DNA of 63,796 nucleotides, filler included, from It is 15 parts of 15 records of this genome, joined end to end, with 100 filler letters (N's around TTAATTAATTAA, not from the genome) between each part and the next. Parts side by side here need not be neighbours in the genome. Positions count along the whole stretch, not along the records: positions 24,290 to 28,017 come from SRR15195285_7610; positions 28,118 to 32,028 come from SRR15195285_7613; positions 32,129 to 37,777 come from SRR15195285_7614; 12 more parts are not named here. One strand, 5' to 3'. Shown piece by piece: positions 24,819 to 37,564 of this stretch (position 1 is its first letter; each line of letters starts with the position of its first letter). The notes under the pieces were generated by a model. It saw only the letters and a program-made list of their open reading frames with translations, ran no database searches and was not told where the DNA came from. The position numbers and the translations under genes were made by a program.

Positions 24819-27800
24819 ATGGTCGGGACTGGGACGCAGCACGTGTGGCTTGCGGTGGTGGTGTGCATTGGCAGCACGAGTGGTGCGCAGGCTCCAATCC
24901 GTTCCCTCTGCCTGCGTGCTGCGCCACTGCGGCGTGTGGACGCACTCACGCACCTCTGTCGCCGTGCTGCTGCCTCGCCCACAACGGTCTCAATCCGCAG
25001 GCCAAGACATCATTTGCTCCGATCCGACCGCTACGGCTGGGTACACTGTTGTCGCGGGCAACACCAACCTGTCGAGACCAGAGGGGTTCGGTGTGACTGC
25101 CTCATGTGCGCTTGGCTACGAAGGGGAAGCAGAAGTCACCCAGTGCGTATCGTCTGGTCCCTACTCGCTCGCCGGCTGCACCGCGATCGAATGCAGCGAC
25201 GCGGCCACGCAAGTTGGGTACACGATAGAAGCGGCCACCAACCTTGACCTGAGTGTTGGGCCGATCGCGGCAGACGTCCAGTGTGCAGTCGGCTACGGCC
25301 CGTCACCGGTGATCACTGCATGCAGCAGCAGCGGCACCCCGTACTCGCTTAGCGGATGTGACCGTGTATTCTGCTCCTCCAGCGATTGCGCACTTACGCA
25401 GACTCTCAGGCCTGATGCAGCGACAACACTGCCAGCGGTCGGGGTAGCCGCCTCCCCTGAGATCTGCTGCGAGTCCAGGCAGGGATACTGTTCTCTGAAC
25501 CACGAGTCCGGAGCCAACCACACGGAGCTGGTAGTCGCTGCTGACGGTACGGAATCGTACCGAGTGCCATGCGGTCCTGGTTACGCCGAAAAGCCAGACG
25601 CAAGAGTCATTCCTGGCGACACGCGCAGTGAGTGTTGTAATCGAGTGTTTTGCACTGCGAGCCTTTGCTTGGAGACGCAGAGGCTTGTACAGGGCAGCGA
25701 GCTCCTGCCACAGGACGGGGTCGATGCAACGCCCGCCATCTGCTGCGAACCCGTAACAGGAATGTGCGGCGGCAACTTCGATCCAGCTGAGGACTTCGAC
25801 GCCGCCGACTGCAATCCGTGGACGACCTACCGGCCAGACCCGAGCGAATGGCCCTACGACAGGGGCGGGCCTCTTGGTGACGCGCGTGCTGCATGCTGTG
25901 GGATACCAGACAACAACTTCTTCATGTTCCTGGGCTCGGCGTTGTTGATTGGCTGCTGCCTTGGCATCCACAAGGGAAAGATTATGCACGCCACAAAGCT
26001 GGAGAAGGTCGAGAAGAAGGTTCAGTCACAGTCTGCGAAGCAGCTACAGCAGCGTCGGAAGCGGAACAAAAAGAAAATGAACAGTAAGAATCGTGCGAAA
26101 GCGCAAGCAGAGGCTAAGGCAGCGTATGGTAAGGTCATGAACGACCAGGCTGCTGCAGTGGCAGCCGAAGATTTTGAGTTCGCCATTGAGTTGAAGAAGA
26201 CGCGGGACATTATCAGGCAGGATTTCGAGGATCTTGGGATGGACACACCGTGGAAGACGGATAGCGGGGCAGCAGGAAGTACCTTGGTGAGCGTTTCGAA
26301 CCCATTGCTGATGGCGGGGCAAGCTTCGTCAAGTGACGAGGATGAACCGAAAAATATCACAGTGCAAAATCCTCTGGCAGACGACCCCACCGCAGAGCCG
26401 GTCGCGGAGCCAAAGCCTGCAAACAAAGGCAAGAAAGGCAAGAAGGACAAGAAGGACAAGAAACCAAGCAAGAAGGACAAGAAGAGTGCTCAGACAGCAG
26501 TGGAGCCTGCGGCTCCTGTGCCGACGCCTGCACCTGCACCAGCTGCAACCGACCCGAAGGATATGACTGATGAAGAACTAAAAGCTGCCGTGAAGAATTC
26601 TGAAAAGATGGCCAAAGACCTTCAAAAACAAAGTATAGAGCTCTCAGAGGAATTCGCCAAGCGCGCGCCGTCGCAGCACATGAAATCGCAAGCTTCTATG
26701 CTATCAGCAGATGCGTTCTTGCATGTTGACGTGCGGAAATTGGCCGCGAAGGCCCATGCAGCTGCAGCAAATGCTCACAGTCTCGAGGAGCGACACGCCA
26801 TTGCAAACGAGGAGGCTAGCGAGGCACGCGTACAGGCCGCAGAAGCCCTTGCTGCAAAGGAGCGTGCAACCGAAACAGCTGAAGTGCACCGCCGCGCACT
26901 AGCAGACGCCCAGGAAGACGCAGCAGCGAAGCTCAAAGCCGCTGCGGATGCAGGTGGGCAAGCTGAGGTGCAAAAAGAAAAGGCAGTCGTTGATGCCGAA
27001 CATCTACGGGAGCGGGTGGCATCGCTGCAAGCAGAGCTGACAAGTCAACGCGAGGCCACGGCTACTGCTGAGGCGGCGGCATTGACTGCACAGGACGCAG
27101 CCATTGAGCAGCGAACCGCTGCCAAGGATGCAGATGCAGTCATCGAGAAAGAACGCCAGCGTATTGAGCTGGACGCGGAGCAGCGCATTGCTGCCGCAGA
27201 GAGAGCGCAAGGTGTTGAGACAGAAAGGCGGGAGAAAGTTGAAGCAGACATGAAAGAGCTGGAGAAGGAGTTGAAGGCAGTCAAGACAGCTGATGAGACG
27301 TTGCGGCCTGCGAAAGAACTGTTTGACTCTGCAACGGGCAAAGTAGCGGCAGCAACCGAGGAGGCTCGCAAGTGGAAAGCGACTTGTAAGGAAGTCGAGG
27401 GGAAATTGAAGGAGCAAACAAAGGGCATAAAAGCTGCGGAAAAGTTGGCGCAGAAGCAGGTAAACGATGCCAAGGCGGAGACACAGTCACTACAGGTGGA
27501 GATCAAAGAGCTGAAGAGTAAGATGACGACTGCAGCAGCTAATGCTGCGAAGCAGTCCGAGGAGAGCGCTTCTCGCACTGAGCTGAGGCTCACGCAGCGT
27601 CAGGAGGCAGCCGAATCTGCCAGTCTTGAGGCGAAGAAGTTTAAATCTGAGCTACAAACCAACGCTTCCTTAGCGACTGCTGCTGCTGCTGCCGCGAAGG
27701 CTAAAGAAGAAGACCTCACATCAGAACTTGAGCAGACCAAGGCTATCCTTACGAAGACTGTCCAAAAAGCTGCAGACGATGCCGCAACAGCTAAAGCCAA

Positions 27801-28017
27801 GCGCGTCGAACTGTTAGACGAGCAAGCTGCACTTGCCAAGACGGTAGAAGACACAATCGCCGCCGCAGAAAAGGCAGCAGCTGAGGCAGACAAGCTGCTT
27901 GTGGAGACAAAGGCGGCTGCTGCAATCGAGCTCCAGGCAGCAAACGATCTGACTGCTAAGGCGGAGGCTGCCAAGGCTGCAGTGGACGCTGAGCTTCAAG
28001 CAGCCAACGACCAGGCT
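24819..28017 (+). CDS. Type I membrane protein: Cys-rich repeats, TM, UVR-like motif, long cytoplasmic coiled coil; intron 24883-25000; 3'-truncated
   Basis: Signal peptide exon MVGTGTQHVWLAVVVCIGS joins in phase to GQDIIC. Repeats C..GY.....C...PYSL.GC; TM FFMFLGSALLIGCCLGI; AVAAEDFEFAIELK; more than 450 aa of A/E/K heptads. Confidence 0.75.
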
Positions 28018-28117
28018 NNNNNNNNNNNNNNNNNNNNNNNNNNNNNNNNNNNNNNNNNNNNTTAATTAATTAANNNNNNNNNNNNNNNNNNNNNNNNNNN
28101 NNNNNNNNNNNNNNNNN

Positions 28118-28147
28118 TCCTTGTTTTAGGATCATTGATCAATACTG
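28118..28147 (+). repeat. 30-bp repeat, copy 1 (inverted relative to 31999-32028)
   Basis: TCCTTGTTTTAGGATCATTGATCAATACTG is the exact reverse complement of the other contig end. Confidence 0.95.
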
Positions 28148-28182
28148 CATATCGCGACAAGAACGATTGTTGTTTGGGGCAG

Positions 28183-31100
28183 GGATTCGAGGAGTTGATC
28201 CGGCAGACTTGAAGAAGCTGTGGGGTGAAAAGGCAGGAAAGATATTTAGCCGCGAGTGGAACTTCATGGGCAAGAAAATTACAGAAGAGACGCAAAAGTT
28301 TGGAGATGTGCATCTTGGGTTGCTGAGTGATCGACTCAAGTACGACCATAAAAACCTGGAGGGGCAGATCAACGAGTTTTTCGAGGGCGAATTTATGGAT
28401 ACGCAAAAGTGGCTGAAAGAGAAAACTGCCAAAGTCTGTGTGGTTTCACATCTTCTGGATGTGGTGCCGCTAACACCGTATGTAATGCGTTCATACGAGC
28501 TGCCCCAGGAAGTGACAGAGGAGGTCGGTAAAGTTTCAGGTGCCTCCCCTTTTGCAATAGGAGATTGGCGACTCTCTTGCCTCGAGGCTGGGCGTGCAAC
28601 AAGTGCAGCGCCAACCTACTTCGAGCCGATGAATGTTTGGCGCACGTGGGAGTCACGACTGTTGATTGGCAAAGACACTGCGAACGAAGAACAGCAAACG
28701 GTAGGGATAGGAGAGACAGTGATGGAATCTGTTGAAGAGCTTGTCGCAACGCCAACACATAACGATGTGTTGGCTGAACTAGGGCTTGCAGAGAGCAACA
28801 TTGACCTACGTGAAGCAGCTCCAGCTGATCGTGCTCGTCAACAGCGGCAACACCGGTTGCAAACGTTACAGTCCGGTGAACAACCGGCAGCACCGATGCC
28901 CCGTCAGGGCACGACTAATGGAGAAGTAGACATAGTTCCAGCGGCGAGCTCAACGGCAGAGGCAGGAAGCAGGCGTGTTGTGCAAATGCGGCGACGACCA
29001 GAATCTGAGATTGTTGCATTGCGGATTAACCTGCAGAAGAAATACTCGCTCTCTACCATTGTCCGCTTTGAGAATCGTACAGCTCTGACAGTGTCGAAAA
29101 TTAAAGCGGACTTGATCACTGGAGTGTGGGAGCCTGGTTGGATGCCACCGAACACGGTCGGCCCTTTTGAAGAGGTGATTTGGGCGTGCGGTGGCACAAT
29201 GTGGGGCAGGAGCAATGGTGGCGTCGTGCGCTATTCGCAGGTTTATGTAGGTGGCGACGCGACCAACACTGGAGGTGATGGCGCAGGCGGAACTAAGGCT
29301 GGCACTAGTGCAACTATTAGTGCTGCCAATCAAACGATCACGATCGAGTGGGACAACCCATGGGTTCTGCGACCGCCAGTTGAAGATATCCGGAAATTCG
29401 AGGCCAACGTCAGCTCGCGTCGGTGCGTCGCAACTCTGGATACTGAATTGTTGCATCTTAAAATCTGCCACTTACAAAGTTGCTGGCCGGGGCAGGGACC
29501 TTGTCGCGTCGATTCACACGTTTGATATCGACGGCAATCGCGCAACGAACCCTCTAGAGTTGCGTTGCTTGGTAGAGCGGATGGGTGAGTCTCGCGCTTA
29601 CTCGGTCGTTGAGGACCCTGCCCATTTCAATCACGATCAGGATGGCGCACTGGACACACGCGTTGGTGAGGCTAGAATGGAGGGTTTTCTTGAGAAGAAG
29701 CAACCACCGCCTGGTTTTCGTTGGCAGTCTCGCTGGTTCCATCTTGGGGTGGACGGTACTCTCCGGTACTTTGTGACGAAGCAGGATAGTGATGGTGACC
29801 AGGTGCAGGAACTGAAGGGAGTCATGCATATGCGCAACATCTCATCGATCGAACCGGCTGTAGGTCACGAGACAGACTTCATGATTGAGCACCTCGAGAA
29901 GCCCAGGAAGCGGCAGTGCGTGCTCTGCGACACATTCGTTGGATCGTTCGTGACAGGCTGTGTAAATTATGCGCAGATTTCTCACTACAAGGGTATTGGA
30001 ACAGGTATCACTTGCGGGCAGGGAGTGAAGAGCTGCGAAACAGGTGGCTTGAAACGCTTAGGGAAGGATGGACTCCGGCTGTAGTACAGGCAGGTATGGG
30101 ATTCGATGCGGATGACGACGGGCGAAGTGCTGAGGCACGGCGCTACAAGTCAATGCGGTTCAGTGATGGGGGTACAGTCGCCAACAACCCTACCTTCATT
30201 GCGCTTCTGGAAGCCTGGGCACTTTACGGTGCTCCCGGCTCTAGTCTCCACGAGTTCGTCGGGCGGCAAGTGGTGTTTGCTCTAAAGCTTTCATTTGAGA
30301 GACAAGAATTTTTGGATTTGTACAGCTGGCCGTCGCAACGACAATCATCGAAACACGTTTGGACAGGATTGTGTCGTGTCAGTCGGCACCGGAGACCCTC
30401 CTCCGCGCCAGTTGCGTGATGGAATGGGTGCGAAAAGCGAACATTTCTGTGTGTTCCTCTTGGCGTGCACAGTAATTGAGTGTGGTTTCACACACATGTT
30501 TTTGGGTGGTCTGTCAACAGGCTTCAAGGAGCTCGTCTGGGAAGTTCTTGAGCACCACACATCCTCACGTGACACCGATGTATTTCTATCACAGATGCTT
30601 CCGAAAAACCGCTACGTGCGTTTTGCGGCCGCAATGGCGACCCGGTTTCTACCCACCCCGTGTCTTTGTGTTGCTATTCTCAATCTCTGTCTGTCCTCCC
30701 AGCTGTTTAAAATGTCTGAAGCCTACTTGGTTGCTGTGGCCTCAACAGTACCGCTTCAATGCACCAGATATTGGTAAGTCTCTAAGTCTGTTTGTGCGTG
30801 AGAGAGATGTTGGGAGATTGCTTCCTTCCCGCCATCGCCAAAATGGCATGTGTGTTTCATGAGGGGATACTGCCAAATCTTGATCGATCTCAAACGTTGT
30901 GGTAGGAGCGATTCAGTTGGATGAAACGGACAAACAGCAACTTGACATTCTTCAAAACAAAGTCGAACTCTACTTGCAGATGCCAGAGACACAGGAGAAA
31001 TTGAAGCGACTAGGGTGCGTGAACAACCATGCTCACTGACACATAGTGTGAAAACTGTGTAGATCACAGTCTAGCGCCTACCTAAGAGAGCGATACTGTG

Positions 31101-31401
31101 CAGTGAGCTGCTACATGAATGCGGTCAGCGAGCGCCTGGAAGCGCACGCGCCGCCGGTGCGAAACAAATTGAAACTGAAACAATCTTTCCAGGACCAACT
31201 CCTCATCCTTCGCCCACCGTCGATACCGCCGCTGGCACCGGTACAGCTGCACGTGGGGGTCCTGCTGTCGGTGAGACTACTAGTGGAGAGACGAAGATGT
31301 TGTCGTCACAGAGTGAGACGGAGATACTGCTGCAGCAAGCAATCGAAGCGAAGCGGCAACTTGAAGCACGCATTGCAGAGCTGCGTGCAGCGTCTCAATG
31401 A
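28183..31401 (+). CDS. Patatin-like phospholipase with inserted aegerolysin-like and PH domains, multi-exon, 5'-truncated
   Basis: KYDHKNLE, AGRATSAAPTYF, [insert], FSDGGTVANNP, VVSVGTG and YRFN are patatin/iPLA2 motifs. In-phase introns at 29423-29495 and 29916-30004, plus further 3' introns. Stop TGA at 31399-31401. Confidence 0.82.
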
Positions 31402-31503
31402 ACTAGCACCTGCGGAACCGAGAGGCCTGTGCGACAATTAAGTTGACTTGCTTTTTTTTGTGCCGCCGCCTCTATGAGGCACGATCAGATCTGATTCGTC
31501 CTG

Positions 31504-31992
31504 TCAGTCAGACGGATAGTCCTCCTCCTCACTGCGGTCTCGTCCTCCAGTGCCACTAGACTCCTCTTCCATGTCTTCCTCAGAATCTGTATCCAGGTGA
31601 GAGGAAGCGTCGGCTCGCTGCTGCGCCCTTGCTATCGCATCCCCCAGCCCGACCGTCAGCCGCTCACTCCGCGCTCGGAAGTCATCTGTCTGATCCAGTG
31701 TTGAAACATCCAACGATACGGATGAGGTCTCAAGACTCCGCTGGACTGCGGCATCAGTCCGAACCTCACCTTGTTGTGACGACCCAGTCGTGGCACTTGC
31801 TGACATAAGTGCCAAAATTGCTAGTTTTTCAACTCTCTCCCGGCTGCGAGTTTCTTCGGGCTCAGAAATCTGACGATCCATCTCTGCACTTCCAATGTCT
31901 CCTGGCTCTTCCTCCTTCTCTCCCTGCTGCTGTGCCACCAGGCGCGACAACCATATCCGTTCTGGGCCTGGCTGAGTGTGCTCTGCTTCCAT
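31504..31992 (-). CDS. Acidic low-complexity protein, probably the last exon of a truncated gene
   Basis: 162-aa ORF with protein-like composition, convergent with the patatin gene. Confidence 0.5.
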   Translation of the reverse strand: MEAEHTQPGPERIWLSRLVAQQQGEKEEEPGDIGSAEMDRQISEPEETRSRERVEKLAILALMSASATTGSSQQGEVRTDAAVQRSLETSSVSLDVSTLDQTDDFRARSERLTVGLGDAIARAQQRADASSHLDTDSEEDMEEESSGTGGRDRSEEEDYPSD

Positions 31993-31998
31993 CAGTGC

Positions 31999-32028
31999 CA
32001 GTATTGATCAATGATCCTAAAACAAGGA
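31999..32028 (-). repeat. 30-bp repeat, copy 2
   Basis: CAGTATTGATCAATGATCCTAAAACAAGGA on the plus strand. Confidence 0.95.
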
Positions 32029-32128
32029 NNNNNNNNNNNNNNNNNNNNNNNNNNNNNNNNNNNNNNNNNNNNTTAATTAATTAANNNNNNNNNNNNNNNN
32101 NNNNNNNNNNNNNNNNNNNNNNNNNNNN

Positions 32129-32813
32129 GAGCGGCAGCGGTACAAGCGAGTCGTGCTGTGATGCTGCATTGAAGGCATGCGCCAAGGTGGTGAAACTGCT
32201 CGCAGCGTACGCGAAACCAGGGCTAGATTGGGTGGGAGTCGTGCGTGCCGCTGCCGCTAGTGGTGTTAAGTTATCTGCACAGGTTGAAGGGCAGCACTTG
32301 TCTGGTGGAGAGTACTACATCTATGCCGCTGGAGCCACAGAAGTCGAGCTTGATGTACTCACAGGCGAGTATGAAATTCTCAGGACTGACATCGTCTACG
32401 ATTCTGGAATCTCACTGAACCCGGCCCTGGACATCGGTCAAGTCGAAGGGTGCTATGTAATGGCCGCAGGCATGTGCCTCACTGAGTTCCAGTCGCACTC
32501 AAAGATTGACGGGCGTTTGATCGGCGCGGGTACCTGGGACTACAAACCTCCATGCTCCCTGGATATCCCGCTCGAGTTCAACATCTGGTTTACGCAAACT
32601 GCAAACAGCGCGCCCGGCAATGTGCTTGGCAGCAAGTGTGCCACCGAGCCAGCGATGCCGCTCGGGGCAGGAGCATTCTTTGCTTTAAAACAGGCGATCT
32701 ACGCTGCAAGAGAAGACGCAACTGGCAAGCCACGCGAGTACTTTCCCATGCCACTGCCAGCTACGCCTGCACATATTCAGCCTCTGTGCTTGGTTGACTT
32801 GGGAAAAGGCTAA
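32129..32813 (+). CDS. Xanthine dehydrogenase/aldehyde oxidase family, C-terminal molybdopterin-binding domain, 5'-truncated
   Basis: EVELDVLTGE, RTDIVYDSGISLNPALDIGQVEG, GTWDYKPP, DIPLEFN and SKCATEP (catalytic Glu position retained). Confidence 0.93.
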
Positions 32814-33032
32814 AGTTTTAGCCTTCAGTCCCCGCAAACGGAGGTCCTTTGTTATGCTTCCATCGCGTTGTATCGCGCAAATGTGCAATAAATTATGTTT
32901 GTTTTTGGAAAGGCGCACACGAACACCGTGCAATTTTGACTTGGCGGGTCAGTCGGGCTTGAGCCGGGTGTGAACGACGAGGTTCCGAAATGACACCGGG
33001 CACAAGGCCCTGATGTGTGTCAGTTTGTGTAG

Positions 33033-36000
33033 TTAGGCGACTCCGGTCGCCCCCATGGTCGTGTACACTAGCGGTATGCCGGTAGGGGTGGGGCCGACAA
33101 GTACCGCCTCGGCCGATCGGAGCAGTGCAACATCGGCCACGTTTCTCTTGATACATGGCAGATGCAACCTACATCGCGTCACACAGTCACCCATACAGCG
33201 TCGCGAACTTGTAAGTCTAGTCGCGAGCCGTCGCGTCGTACTATCTTGTCGCGGTCGGTTCTGCACAGCTCGCCGCCCTCCTCCAACCCAATCGCCATAC
33301 AGCAACTCGCCTCCGGCTTGGGTCAGTGATAGAGGGCATAAGTTCGTAGGCAAAGGCTCGAAGTGAGTTGCCGCGTTCGAGCTGGCATTGGGCACAGCTC
33401 TACGTGTCGCTGTTAGAACCCTGTGATCAAAGGCGTGGATCCATCGTTGCAGCCCATGCCACATGCAATTATATAGTGGGATTGCCACCAAGCCGGTTGC
33501 ATTCAGACGAACGCTTTTACACGCTTACTCAATCTTGTTCCGAGCACGCAGGGCCCCAGTTGTTGTCCGTATCTACAGGGTCCAACATATTATCTCAGCT
33601 AACACGACAATGTCGTCACCACTGCCTCGAGGTCGCCAGGGCGGCACGATCGCAGCACAGCCAGAAAGTCTGACTCCCGAAGCTCGTCCGCTGTAGGTGG
33701 CCACGTATCTTCGTCCACTGTATCGCGCCCCTCCATCTGACCGTCCTTGTCACCCTTAAACGTTTCGGCCCGATCAGCGAGTGGTGGAGCCTTCACCGCG
33801 GCCTTGAGCAATGCAAGTGCTGCATCGAGCCTGCCCAACCAGGTAAACCAAAACCATTTGTAGCAACAGCCGCAGCCAGAGGCAGGAAGGTGAGGTGGTA
33901 CTGTACACACCGAGCATCACAAAGCGCAGCGAGATCATCTCGAGGGCTGATCGGTGCTAGCCTTGGTGCCACGAGACCCCCGTCCACACCTGCAACCGTC
34001 TGTGCCCCCAGTTGTGCAGGGGCTGTCACTCGCGCCCGACGAAGCTGCACTGCAACTGCAGTGCAGAGAGTAACTGCCTGAACAGCATGTACAGAAACAC
34101 CATCAAACCACTTGTACTCTCAACAACCGCTGTAAAAGGTTCAACAGTTGTCGGCAGTCCAACCCATGGAACGATTTACAGCCAGAACCTGGCAGCATGA
34201 TCTCGTCTTCAGATGCTCTTGACAGCTGACGCACCTGGTTCCACAGCAAGGCTCCTGCGACTTGTCCTGATGCACCAACGTTTCTCGAACAATCAGAATA
34301 CGCCCTGAGCGCAATGCAGGGAGGAATATCATACAAGACGCACCATGGTGTGCACTGGCATACAGCTGAGCAGCAAGCACAAATTGACCATAGGCGTGAT
34401 CGAGCTGTCGCGACTGCAGTAGCTTCATTGTGGCTAGTTCCATCAGCTCGCCAACGCCACTTTCATCCGCCGGGATTCCAAGTGCACCGATCGCGGCCAA
34501 ACCTGGCTCTCTCAAACCTATATGCAGGCACCAGCTACTCTCAGTTTTTCTCATTGTGCTAGTGACAACAATTGCATGATATACTCGAGCTACCACGAGC
34601 TGCGCGTGCGGCCGTTCTGTGCAGCATAAGGCGTTGCTCACCACCTGCTCCGCACCACACAATCAGTGATATGCAATGCGGTACACAAGCCAACGAAGTT
34701 GTCGCTGTTCTAAATGCTGATAGGACAACGTACCGTAAGACCCGCCAAATACAGTTTCCGTGTTGACAGCGGCTGGGTCTCCATGCAACAAGACTTCCAG
34801 CGGAAGCAGCGAACGTTTCTGCATCAGCTGCTCGAGGTATGCCTCCTCTGCGACACCAATGTTCTGGTGTCAAGGCCTATCACGCTGATAACGATGATGT
34901 ACTTCCATTGTGCTGAAGTGATAGTGCTATGCATTGAAAGCTATGACGAAAGCTGGAAGTCGAAAACATATTTTGGGGCGCACCATCACTGCTATCCTCC
35001 GAAGCTAGCTCTGTCATAGTACCAGGATTGCAGTCCTCCATCTTTGTAGACGCTGCCGCCGCCGCCCACTCTGGAGACAGTTCCGCATGTCCCGCGCCCA
35101 TCATGGCGAATGACCGCGGCACAAGCTCCCATTCTTCAGTCTCGAGCTCACGCTCCGTCTCAACATATAGTCGATCCATCGCCTTTGGCAACTCGCGTTC
35201 TGCCGCCTCACTTAACACGCGTACACGTCCAAGCGCGGCGGCTGCACTGCCCTGTCCAAGAGCAGCGCAAGCACTTGCTAGCCACGATGACGTCAACGAA
35301 CCAGCAAAGTCTGCGCGAGACTCCTTCTCATCTGCCACAAGCTTCTCTAGCGGTGCTAGCTGCGATTGTAGGCCCGGAAGATGTGCCGCGACTATATGCT
35401 GTTCCATCATATCACCTGTATTAACCCAGTCATCTGATCCCGACCAATAGTTTTGAATCGCACATAGCCTCCGAAGCCCACCCCAATTGACAAACGCTAC
35501 ATAGACTGCCAACGACATCGTAGAAACGTCGTTCGACGCCTGCGCGCACCACAGCATCAGTTCAGGCTTCTCAGAGGGCACAAGTGCTGCAAAAGACAGC
35601 AAAGATGATGCTCGCACCGCGTGATAATTGGATGCATGGAAGACCCCAAGGTCGCCTGGCGCTAATAGTGCACAGCTGCCGCTCTCAGCTACCTCGTCAA
35701 GCAGATGCAGCTGCGCTGCTGTCAAAGGCACCTTCCCGTCGAGAGGAATCGACACACCCTCAGTTGCACCCACTGGAGCTGGCCTATCATCACACCAGAG
35801 GGTCAGGGTATCTCAACTCTGTCCACCGATGCGCGCTACGTGTTAGCGTGTGTCATAGTGTGAAATAGATCGTACCCAACGCTGCTGTCGTCCTCTGCGG
35901 TCCCGGCAGCCTCACCGCCGTAGCGTCGGACCATCGACTGCGACCAATCCCAAAGTCCTTGTAAACGCAACTGAAGTAGCATTCGCTAGCTCAACGGTTG

Positions 36001-37564
36001 AAAAGAGAGCCGTGGCGCGTGAAGTATTCACTCACAGCTGAGCGGGTCCATCCAGCGTCGCAGAGAAGAAGTTTATAACCCCTCAGTTGAAGGCAGGACT
36101 GCGCGATCCCTACACAGTCTCGATGTCCCGCCATGCAGACACCCAGGTCGCCGCCAAAGAACTTTGGAGTGGACTCGTGAAAAGGTGCAAACCACTTCCC
36201 CAGCTTGTCTTGTAGCTGACCAATTGCATTTAGGCAGCGGCTCGGCAACTCTTCTGAAGGATTAAGGGCACACCCAAGCCGCAGTGCTTCCGATGCCTGC
36301 ACTTCATGGAGATAGCACCGGTCGAGCGCATGTGACTGTGAATGCTGCCGTGCAGAAGTGTCGTCACCGGCCTCAACACTGTTGTCCTCGTCCACCGCGA
36401 ATGACATGTCAGGTTTATCAATTTGTGCTAAGCAGTCCAGGGCGAGTTCTCCATTGTATACCTGTTCCACATCAATCCACATTGCGATCACGATCCTAAT
36501 CCGGTCTACTGATATCTTGCCGCAAAATCAACACGGCGTGTTGTGCGAAAAAATACCTCATTCGCGCCAGAAATGGGCCCCGTTGTCTGGTGCTTCATCG
36601 CCTGTACGTTTCCGTAGACTGGACGAAAACCCGGTTTGTTAGATGTGTCACTGTGTCGGCGCAACAGCTCTATGACGCTGCGTGGTGTCCAGCGCTTGAC
36701 GGACTTGAACGGCGCCGCATCGAGATTAAGCAGGAATGCGGCGTGCGGCAACAGAGACGCCGCGGGTAACGAACTCAGTGCCAGGTGACGAGCAAACGCG
36801 ATGCCTGAGAAGAAAAGAGAACCGCGCCCACGCATTTGCGCCTGTGCTAGGGATGCCCGTAGCTCTGCTGGCAGTCCTGGCGCGATTGTGTCTACAGAAC
36901 TCGTCAAGCAGGCTCGCGGAATGGAGAGTCGGCAGTCTGTGTCGTACGGCAGGTCGGCGTCAAAGCGTGCGATTTCTAACCAATCCAGCGATTTCTCCGA
37001 ACCTAAAGTGAGCGTGTTGCCGTCGGAAAGTGCTAAGCGCCAGCGAGTCGCGTCGGCACTGAGCGTGCCTGAGCACCAGCTGCGACTGTCGGGCTTCAGA
37101 AACTGGACGTCGAACAGTTGGCTGCCCCCTCGCTCAAAGTGGCAGGCATCAATCCGCAGGCAGGTTTTACTGGAACCACCTCCGCCGAGCTCGATCAGTT
37201 GATAAATCACGGAGCCATACATGGACAAATCCGAGCTCCACCGTTGTTCCAGCGTCCCTCGTACGAGTTTGAATGCCCCGCGCTCGCAGCAGGTTGACTG
37301 CAGTACCTGAATACACAGCACTTCCTGGCGAGTAGAGACCGGTTCACGGCCGGCCGCTGTTTTCTTTTTGCCCTGTTTATCGCTTTTCTTTTTCCTTTCT
37401 CGCTCTTTCCCTGATCTACTGTCTGCTGGCGCCACCGCCTCAAGCTCATCAGCGTGGTGCGGAACAGCCCCCAGGCCCGGCGGCGGCGAAAAGTGCTGGG
37501 CTGTTGCTGTGTGCAGCTCATCGTCCTCCTGGACCACCACGATGCGGCGGCGCTTCTTTCCCAT
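33033..37564 (-). CDS. Large multi-exon protein with a divergent JmjC domain and C-terminal helical/TPR-like region; 3' end approximate
   Basis: ORFs 36506-37564, 35991-36491 and 34880-35773 plus downstream exons share a strand. KFFGG..G...GHRD (HxD), QLRGYKL and LLAPGDLGVF...YHAV form one JmjC fold split across exons. Basic N-terminus resembles an NLS. Confidence 0.55.

Noticed and set aside
28118-32028. Whole contig as an autonomous TIR transposon or linear replicon
   Set aside because: No transposase or polymerase, and the patatin gene is cut at the end. A repeat-induced assembly break is simpler.
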